Shown here piece after piece: positions 35,926 to 42,823 of a stretch of DNA of 45,386 nucleotides. The first letter of the stretch is position 1, and the number at the start of each line of letters is the position of its first letter. The DNA is taken from the NCBI GenBank assembly GCA_021790475.1, contig JAJYDU010000002.1, forward strand, positions 1 to 45,386, written 5' to 3'. The notes beneath the pieces are model-generated. The model made no database searches. It was not told the DNA's origin and saw nothing but the letters and a program-made list of their open reading frames with translations. Made by a program: the position numbers and the translations under genes. This DNA is from Planctomycetota bacterium (GTDB lineage Bacteria; Planctomycetota; Phycisphaerae; WQYP01).

Positions 35926-35975
35926 ATCGTATATAATATCATATTGCGGGTGATTTTACAATAGCCGCAATATGC
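35926..35975 (-). promoter_or_regulatory. Sigma-70-like promoter overlapped by a 10-bp inverted repeat (probable TA operator)
   Basis: The minus strand reads CATATTGCGG-CTATTGTAAAATCAC-CCGCAATATG-ATATTATATACGAT-ATG. TTGTAA, a 17-nt spacer and TATTAT give a -35/-10 pair. The perfect inverted repeat CATATTGCGG/CCGCAATATG (35940-35949 and 35965-35974) brackets the -35 element. Confidence 0.55.
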
Positions 35976-36407
35976 CGTCGACGAGGACGGGCGTGGCAAT
36001 AAATCCGTACCATGGTACCGGGATGCCCCATCCTCTTTTAGCCGCGTGTGCTTGCACCGCGCGTTTTACGCGGAGAGGCCACTGGTGCTAAGAGAGCAGT
36101 AGGTAGAAAGTAGCCCGCAGGCAGGGTGTTCCAGTAAGGCAACAGCCGCTATGCTTGTTCCATCTGAATTTGCTCGCCTGCTCACCGGTGCGGTTGTATC
36201 CGCGTGATTGGAGATGCGGAGGTGGCGGAAACACGAAGTGACTTTCACGGCGCGTTGCGGTGCGATATGCAGCCCGTTTTGCCCACTGGTTGAACTTGCT
36301 GGAAAATCGCCATCCCTATACCATTGCATGAAATCAAATTGGCGAGCCGCTTTCGCCGCCGACGGAGAAATTGGATGGAAAATGACCTGCGGGAATTGGA
36401 GAAGGGA

Positions 36408-36424
36408 TTGGCCGAAAGGCCGTG
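36408..36424 (+). repeat. Left copy of the 17-bp direct repeat TTGGCCGAAAGGCCGTG
   Basis: An exact 17-mer also occurs at 39594..39610. It contains a GGCC-GAAA-GGCC mini-hairpin. Confidence 0.7.
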
Positions 36425-36469
36425 AACGGCTACCTTTTTTCCACCGAATCGAATCCGAGGAATCGTGCT

Positions 36470-38164
36470 ATGCCCAAAATTGATGCCAAAGAGAAAGCGA
36501 TCCGTGATGTATTCCATCGAGACTATGCGTTTTCGATCCCTGCCTACCAGAGACCCTACAGTTGGGGAATTGATCAGTCCAAAACCCTGTTGAGTGACCT
36601 TCTGGCTGCGAGCGCCAATTTTAATGTCGGTATGTCGCCCGCGCTGGTTACGCCCTATTTTCTAGGGAGCATCGTCGTCATTAAGCAGGAGCATCAATCG
36701 GAGTCACAAATCATAGATGGCCAGCAACGCCTAATCACTCTTTCGCTGGTGATTTCAGCCCTGCGCACGCTTTTTTCTGATGATAAACGGAAAGCTACTT
36801 TCGGTGAGCTAATCCTTGAGCAGGGCGATCCTTTGGTAGGGACGCGAGATCGTTGCCGACTCACGTTGCGAGAGCGTGATCACGCTTTCTTTGAAACCAA
36901 TTTTCTGCGCCACCGCACACTCGACCACTTGCAGAGCCTGCTGGCCGGACGACTTACTGACCCGCAAACGCATCTGGCTGAAAATGCACAGGCCCTCTTG
37001 ACCGAATTATCCAAGTATGACGAGCACCGCCTTGAAGCACTTGCCGCCTTCCTACTTCAACACACCTATCTCGTTATCGTTTCCACTGCGAATCTGGAAT
37101 CCGCCTTTCGCATTTTTTCCGTCTTAAATGATCGTGGTCTCGATTTGACAGTCGCGGACATTTTGAAATCAGAGATCATCGGCCGCATCACTGCCAATCA
37201 AGACGCCTATGTAAAGAAATGGGAGGACGCCGAAGAGCAGTTGGGAACCCAGCCGTTTGCCGCGCTCTTCTCACACATTCTAATGATTCACGACCGGAAA
37301 AAGCTCAGTGCTACGGTACTGGAGGGTTTCCGCAAGGCATTTCCGGATATCAATTCTAAGGAATTTATCGATAAAGAGTTACTGCCACTGGCCGATGCCA
37401 TGGTGGTCATCCTTCGAACCAGTTTTGAATGTGCCGATAGCACCATCAAAAAACAAGCCAATCAGGCCCTTTCCTGGTTGTTACGTATCGGAAATCGGGA
37501 TTGGGTGCCCGTCGCGTTAGGTTTGATCACACATTATACTGACAAGCCTGCATTGGTTGCGAAAAAATTGCTGGAGTTGGAAAAATTGGCCGCCATTCTC
37601 TGGTTGAACCGATTTGACGTTAATGGTCGCATTGGCCGATACGGCTCAATTCTGGAACAGATTGAGCAAGATGAATCGAAGATCGGCGATATCGCGGCGC
37701 TGCTTGCCTCCAGCGATGAGAAAAAGATCGCCTCGGATGTGATTGCTGGGGACATTTATAACCTGACTCCCACACCGAAGCGCACATTCGTCTTGCTCCG
37801 TTTAGACGCAGCGCTATCATCCGGCGAAGCGATGTACGCTTTCGACAGGACCATCACGGTCGAACATGTATTGCCGCAAACACTCACAGACGGCGAGTGG
37901 ATGCGATGGTGGCCCGATTTGACTGTTTGTGAGGAATGCATTCACAAACTTGGTAATCTGGCACTCCTGAATCGCCGCCAGAATTCGGCGGCTAAGAATT
38001 GGGACTTCTCGAAGAAAAAGAAGGAATATTTTCAGAATAATACCGGTGGTAGTCCATTCCAGATCACATCCCGGGTTCTGAAGGAAACAGAATGGACGCC
38101 TGCTGTGTTTCGGCGGCATCAAGCCGATATGGTACAGAAATTGAAGGAAATTTGGGATATTTAA
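36470..38164 (+). CDS. GmrSD-family (DUF262 + DUF1524) nuclease, putative Type IV modification-dependent restriction enzyme
   Basis: N-terminal ParB-like DUF262 blocks (IPAYQRPYSW, IIDGQQRLITLS). C-terminal His-Me finger DUF1524 blocks (TVEHVLPQ, LGNLALLNRRQNSAAKN). The ATG at 36470 (MPKIDAKEKAI) is preferred; the ORF-track start at 36422 is a GTG. Confidence 0.85.
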   Translation: MPKIDAKEKAIRDVFHRDYAFSIPAYQRPYSWGIDQSKTLLSDLLAASANFNVGMSPALVTPYFLGSIVVIKQEHQSESQIIDGQQRLITLSLVISALRTLFSDDKRKATFGELILEQGDPLVGTRDRCRLTLRERDHAFFETNFLRHRTLDHLQSLLAGRLTDPQTHLAENAQALLTELSKYDEHRLEALAAFLLQHTYLVIVSTANLESAFRIFSVLNDRGLDLTVADILKSEIIGRITANQDAYVKKWEDAEEQLGTQPFAALFSHILMIHDRKKLSATVLEGFRKAFPDINSKEFIDKELLPLADAMVVILRTSFECADSTIKKQANQALSWLLRIGNRDWVPVALGLITHYTDKPALVAKKLLELEKLAAILWLNRFDVNGRIGRYGSILEQIEQDESKIGDIAALLASSDEKKIASDVIAGDIYNLTPTPKRTFVLLRLDAALSSGEAMYAFDRTITVEHVLPQTLTDGEWMRWWPDLTVCEECIHKLGNLALLNRRQNSAAKNWDFSKKKKEYFQNNTGGSPFQITSRVLKETEWTPAVFRRHQADMVQKLKEIWDI

Positions 38165-38179
38165 ATAGGAGATGTCCAA

Positions 38180-38662
38180 ATGGCTCGGCGAGTATTTTTC
38201 AGCTTTCACTATACCAATGACATCTGGCGGGCTAACCAGGTGCGGAATTGCAATGTGGTCGCCGGAGCGGATGTCGCAGGTTTTTTTGACCACTCGGAGT
38301 ATGAGGAAGCCAAAAAGAAAGGGCATGATGCAATCGAACGGATGATTCTGAAAAATCTGGACGGCACCAGTGTAACGGTGGTGTTGATCGGCAGCGAGAC
38401 GGCTAACCGTCCTTGGGTGAAATTTGAGATTGAGGAATCGATCAAGAGGAAGAATGGCCTGCTTGGCATTCATATACACCATTTGAAGGATCGGGCGGGG
38501 AACTCGGAAATTTTTCGTGGCAGCAAACCAGCGGTGCGAAGGGATATTGAATTCCCGGCCTATGACTGGGACAAGAATCTTGATCGCTTTCGGCAGGAAA
38601 TCGAAGCTGCAGGCAAGCGTTCTGACGCATTGAGAAATCCGCCAAAATCATCTTGGCCATAG
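38180..38662 (+). CDS. ThsB-like TIR domain protein (DUF1863-type TIR-like fold)
   Basis: MARRVFFSFHYTNDIWRANQVRN ... TSVTVVLIGSETANRPWVKFEIEESIKRKNGLLGIHIHHLKD. The FFSFHY start, the WV-x-x-EI glutamate block and the GIHI strand match my recollection of Bacillus Thoeris ThsB. AGGAG lies upstream, and the gene starts 15 nt after the GmrSD-like stop. Confidence 0.75.
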   Translation: MARRVFFSFHYTNDIWRANQVRNCNVVAGADVAGFFDHSEYEEAKKKGHDAIERMILKNLDGTSVTVVLIGSETANRPWVKFEIEESIKRKNGLLGIHIHHLKDRAGNSEIFRGSKPAVRRDIEFPAYDWDKNLDRFRQEIEAAGKRSDALRNPPKSSWP

Positions 38663-38834
38663 TAGGTTCTTTTGCGAGCCTGTTTAGGCGCAAGTCCGCC
38701 CGTCAAGTTGGCGCTTGTTATGCTGAAAAATCCTCCTGCATAGGTGCCCTTGGGACTGCGGTAACAGGGAAACAGTGCATGCGCTGGGACTCTCGGTGTT
38801 TTCGGAAACCATGGCGGAATGCCGGAGGCGGAAC

Positions 38835-39245
38835 GTGACTGACAATGGCAAGCTGGCGCACCTTGGTTTCGTCCAGGGGGCCGTCAATCGAATGGCGGGT
38901 GATTCCTTCCTGGTAAAAGGGTGGTCGGTCACGCTGGTGACTGCTATCGTGGCATTGGCCGCCAAAGGTGGCGGTCCTTGCCTTATCCTTGTAGCTTATC
39001 CCCCAACCGTCGTGTTCTGGTTACTCGACGCCCATTTCCTCCGCCTAGAGCGGCTTTACCGTAAGCTGTACGACACCGTTCGGATGAAACAAGCGGAGGA
39101 CATAGATTTCTCTATGGACACAAGTGTTTTCGATAGGGAGGTGGCGTCATTTCGGGCGACGATGTTTTCGCGGACGCTTGTCTGGTTTCACGGAATCCTC
39201 TTGGTTTTTATAACCGGCGCATTGGTTATTGCTATGACGGTATGA
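38835..39245 (+). CDS. Small three-TM membrane protein of unknown function (candidate effector)
   Basis: Hydrophobic segments WSVTLVTAIVALAA, CLILVAYPPTVVFWLL and LVWFHGILLVFITGALVIAM, separated by an amphipathic/charged helix (HFLRLERLYRKLYDTVRMKQAEDIDF). The GTG at 38835 lies 6 nt after GGAGG (38824-38828). The ORF opens at the ATG at 38775. Confidence 0.55.
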   Translation: MTDNGKLAHLGFVQGAVNRMAGDSFLVKGWSVTLVTAIVALAAKGGGPCLILVAYPPTVVFWLLDAHFLRLERLYRKLYDTVRMKQAEDIDFSMDTSVFDREVASFRATMFSRTLVWFHGILLVFITGALVIAMTV

Positions 39246-39593
39246 GATGTAAAGACATGAGTGAATGCGGACACGACAACCGGTCAGGATATTGGGACAT
39301 CCATCTTTTTCATGGAAAATCTCTCAGGATCACTCAAACACAACTCCTCTACGTGTCCCACTCCCCCAAAATGACACCGCTTTGTAGTATAGACCCCGAT
39401 CCGGGAAAGGCAGGGGAGTCGCCCGCCTGCCGGTAGGCAAGGCAGAAAAAAACGGTTAAGCAATGAGCAGAGTAGGGCGCGCTCAAGAATAACCAGTTCA
39501 AATACGCCTTGTAGGCGATACCGTGTAGTTCCAGTCTCCATGAAAGTCGTGGCGTCAATCGAAGGCCGGCCAGTTGCTCGTCGCGAGTCTGTT

Positions 39594-39610
39594 TTGGCCG
39601 AAAGGCCGTG
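39594..39610 (+). repeat. Right copy of the 17-bp direct repeat TTGGCCGAAAGGCCGTG
   Basis: Exact match to 36408..36424. It lies in the non-coding stretch between the 3-TM gene and dacB. Confidence 0.7.
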
Positions 39611-39873
39611 TAAGATTACCAGACTGGTTGCCCCGCCAGACGAATGCTCTTCCTTGCATCTGACCGCCCTGGGAATCGAAACGTGGCACTCGCTATCTAT
39701 TGAGATAGGCCTCATTGGCGGTTTCAAAATCGCTGGCGGTAAATTCCATCGTTCCTGCCCGCGTACCAATTTGCTCTCCCGCCCGCTTGCTCTTATGCTC
39801 ACCGGCTCGTTGGTCCAGCCGCGTGGCGGACCGTTTCCGAGCAAGGATGGCAAGGATTTTTCGAGGTGCATGG

Positions 39874-41325
39874 ATGTACTGGCTCACACAACCACGTCGT
39901 ATACTTACCGCTCTCTTTTTTTTCTGGTTCAGCTTAAGCGTCGGGTCCATCGCCGGAGCGCAATCGCTGGCCGCGCGAATGGCCGCTTTGCTTGCGTCCG
40001 GGCAGTTGCGCGGAGCGCAAGTGGGCATCAACATGGTGGAACTTGGCCCGCGGGGGCCGGCGCCGGTCTACAGTTATCATCCCGATCTGCCGCTGATGCC
40101 GGGCAGCAACGGAAAATTGCTTACCACCGCGGCCGCGTTCGACCGGCTCGGCCCGCGCGCCGTCATCAAAACCCGGCTTTACAGCGTCGGTAACGATCTG
40201 GTGATCGTGGGTGGAGGCGATCCGGCCCTGGGCGATCCGGTATTGTGCCAACGGGCCGGCTGGAAAGTCACCACGGTATTCGACCAATGGGCGGCGCGCC
40301 TCGTCGCGCTGGGCCGCACGCAATTCAACGATCTGATCGTCGATGACGATATCTTTAATCATCACTTTGTCAATTACAAGTGGCCGCGGAACGGCGGCCA
40401 GAGGCTCGACTGGTACGAAGCCCATGTGGGCGGGCTGAATTTCGCACTGAATTGCATTCAGTGGGCGCCGACGGTTCATGCCAACGGCGCCATCGGGGTG
40501 CGAATCATTCCATCCTCCAGCTACACGCCGGTAACCATCGAAGCGCGGCGCGGTCCCGCCCAAAATGTATGGATGTGGCGGGCGCCGGGCCACGACCATT
40601 TCTTTCTCCGCGGCCAGGTGCGCCAGACCGGCGATTACCTGATGCAAACCACCATCGTCGATCCGGGCCTCTATACCGGCGCGGTCCTCCGCCGGTCGCT
40701 GGTGAAACACGGCGTGCGGATCACCGGCGTGGTGCGCCGGGGAACGCTGGCCAATATCTCCGCGACCCGCCGTGCCGCCCCGCAACTGTTGGCCACTTAT
40801 GAAACCCCGCTGCGCGCGATCCTTTACCGCGCCAATACCGACAGCATCAACCTCATGGCCGAGGCTCTGTGCAAATTGCTCGGCCACGACGCCACCGGGC
40901 GGCCGGGCGGTTGGACCAATGGAACCGCCGCGGTGCGGGCCTACCTTCGTACGCTGGGAATTCCAGGAAATCTTGTGCACATGGTCGATGGATCGGGACT
41001 TTCCCATTACGATCATATTGCCCCCGCGGCGATTACAACGGTGCTGGCGCATGTCGCTTCCGAACGCGACGGCCGTGTTTTTATTGACAGTCTTTGCCGG
41101 CCCGGTCACGGAACCCTCATCTACCGCTTCCGGGGTTCTCCGGTGGCTCGCCACGTGCGGGCCAAGGACGGTCATATTGATGGAGCGTCCACCCTCAGCG
41201 GCTATCTGTTCGTACACGGACACACTTTTGTCTTTTCGATCATGTGCAACTACTATCATGGCAACGTAAACCCCTGGCAGGATCAGGTGGTCGAAGCGCT
41301 TTATTATTGGGCCGGCGGAAGATAG
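39874..41325 (+). CDS. dacB: D-alanyl-D-alanine carboxypeptidase/endopeptidase (PBP4, peptidase S13)
   Basis: Signal peptide MYWLTQPRRILTALFFFWFSLSVGSIAGAQS, an SxxK block (PGSNGKLLTTAAA), DGSGLSHYD and a KTG-like AKDGHIDGASTLSGY. The ORF opens at 39715. Confidence 0.85.
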   Translation: MYWLTQPRRILTALFFFWFSLSVGSIAGAQSLAARMAALLASGQLRGAQVGINMVELGPRGPAPVYSYHPDLPLMPGSNGKLLTTAAAFDRLGPRAVIKTRLYSVGNDLVIVGGGDPALGDPVLCQRAGWKVTTVFDQWAARLVALGRTQFNDLIVDDDIFNHHFVNYKWPRNGGQRLDWYEAHVGGLNFALNCIQWAPTVHANGAIGVRIIPSSSYTPVTIEARRGPAQNVWMWRAPGHDHFFLRGQVRQTGDYLMQTTIVDPGLYTGAVLRRSLVKHGVRITGVVRRGTLANISATRRAAPQLLATYETPLRAILYRANTDSINLMAEALCKLLGHDATGRPGGWTNGTAAVRAYLRTLGIPGNLVHMVDGSGLSHYDHIAPAAITTVLAHVASERDGRVFIDSLCRPGHGTLIYRFRGSPVARHVRAKDGHIDGASTLSGYLFVHGHTFVFSIMCNYYHGNVNPWQDQVVEALYYWAGGR

Positions 41326-41440
41326 TGATTTGAGCGCGCGGACGGAGTCCGTTTTTTCCGTGGGTCTCGGTTCGTCGGAAGAGACCTTTGTTGCGCGCCG
41401 GGATCAGCCCCATGGCGGGTTTTTCCTGCGATAACCACTC

Positions 41441-42751
41441 ATGGATGAATCATCCCGACAATCCGCTGAATTCGTCGTATCGGCGCGTGCGGTCCTGATT
41501 GATTCGCGGGAACTGGTTGGGGATGGCGCCGTCGCCATCGGCGGGGGAAAGGTATTGCATCTCGGCCGGCGTCGTGCCGTTCTGAGCCGGTTTTCCGGGG
41601 TAAAAGAATTCAACTTCCAATCCCATCTGCTTCTTCCCGGCCTGGTCAACGCTCATACGCATCTTGAACTTAGTTGCATGGCCGGAAAAATACCGCCGCC
41701 GGCGCATTTTACCGACTGGGTCCTGGCGCTGCTGGCGGCGTATCCCCAAGCCGCCGGAGCCGGGAAAATTATTGCGGAGGCGGCGAGCGCCGGCGCCCGC
41801 CAAAGCATAGAATCCGGCGTCACCACCGTGGGAGATATTTCCCGGTACGCCGCCATAAGCCGCGCCGCGCTGCGCCGCGGCCCGTTGCGCGTGGTCAGCT
41901 TCGGAGAGATCACCGCCCTGGGGCGGTCGCGCCACCGGCTGGCCGAGCGCCTGCGCCGCGCCGCCGACACCGCGCTGCAAAGCGATTGGGTTGCCATCGG
42001 CCTTTCTCCCCACGCGCCTTATTCCGTCGAAGGGCCCGCGCTGAAAAAAATTGTGGAAGCGGCGCAACGCCGCCGGTTACCGCTGGCGATGCACCTGGCG
42101 GAACACTCCGAAGAACGTGAATTTCTCGCGTCGCTGGGTGGTCCGCTCGGCTGCCGGTGGGAATTCATGCGGAAAATGAATCTGCTCGATGAACGCATCC
42201 CGTTATTTGCCGGCGGACCTCTCGCCTGGGCCGGCCATTACGGCCTGTTGAACGCCTCCGTGCCCCTGCTTCTGGCACACGTCAATTACGTCGATGAGGC
42301 CGACCTGGAACTCCTGGCTCGAAGCCGGGCGACGGTGGCGCTGTGCCCGCGAACCCGCCATTATTTCGGTCACGAGAGCCGTGCCCGCCACCGTTGGCGG
42401 GATATGTTGGCGCGGGGAATCAATGTGTGCCTGGCGACCGATTCCCTGGCCAGCAATCCCGATCTTTGCGTTCTGCGCGAGGCGCAGTTTGTCCGGCGGC
42501 GGGAACCGGATGCGGACATTCAGGAATTATTCGCCATGCTTACCACCCGGCCGGCGCGAGCGCTGGGTTTGGAAAATGCCATCGGCCGGCTCGCCCCCGG
42601 TTTTCGCGCCGACATGATGGCGGTCGAACTTCCGGGAAAAGAACCTCTCCCAATCCGTTCCGCGCTCGAACAGATCATCCGCGCTGCGCCGCCACCCGCC
42701 GCCGTCTGGATCAACGGCCGGACGGTTTTCGGCCGCGCGGTGGAGGAATAA
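41441..42751 (+). CDS. Metal-dependent amidohydrolase (chlorohydrolase / aminodeoxyfutalosine-deaminase-like)
   Basis: LLLPGLVNAHTHLELS (the HxH metal site), later HLAEH and CLATDS (Asp) blocks, and length consistent with the family. Confidence 0.75.
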   Translation: MDESSRQSAEFVVSARAVLIDSRELVGDGAVAIGGGKVLHLGRRRAVLSRFSGVKEFNFQSHLLLPGLVNAHTHLELSCMAGKIPPPAHFTDWVLALLAAYPQAAGAGKIIAEAASAGARQSIESGVTTVGDISRYAAISRAALRRGPLRVVSFGEITALGRSRHRLAERLRRAADTALQSDWVAIGLSPHAPYSVEGPALKKIVEAAQRRRLPLAMHLAEHSEEREFLASLGGPLGCRWEFMRKMNLLDERIPLFAGGPLAWAGHYGLLNASVPLLLAHVNYVDEADLELLARSRATVALCPRTRHYFGHESRARHRWRDMLARGINVCLATDSLASNPDLCVLREAQFVRRREPDADIQELFAMLTTRPARALGLENAIGRLAPGFRADMMAVELPGKEPLPIRSALEQIIRAAPPPAAVWINGRTVFGRAVEE

Positions 42752-42823
42752 TGCCGCCGGCGAATCCGGGGCGGAATCCGGGCGTGGTTTTCCGCCTCTG
42801 ATCCATCCCGATGGTTACCGGGA

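Noticed and set aside
36208-36483. Small ORFs between the PIN promoter and the GmrSD-like gene (for example 36208..36483 +, 36066..36329 -)
   Set aside because: No RBS, no motifs and Cys/Arg/Trp-rich translations. One frame ends in a plausible coiled-coil-like MENDLRELEKGLAERP, but it is only 16 codons from its ATG and the upstream frame is nonsense.
32342-39873. A tRNA gene or integrase as the integration anchor of the defence island
   Set aside because: Both strands were scanned for T-loop-like GGTTCGAATCC-type strings and for tyrosine or serine recombinase motifs, and none was found. The only recombinase in the window (2200..3231) is a housekeeping-type XerC/D located 29 kb away.
39284-40193. 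ORFs 39284..39871 (-) and 39540..40193 (+)
   Set aside because: The translations are Arg/Ser/Pro/Gly-rich without motifs. The + ORF runs out of frame into the dacB signal-peptide region. Both were treated as non-coding (see the finding on 39246-39873).
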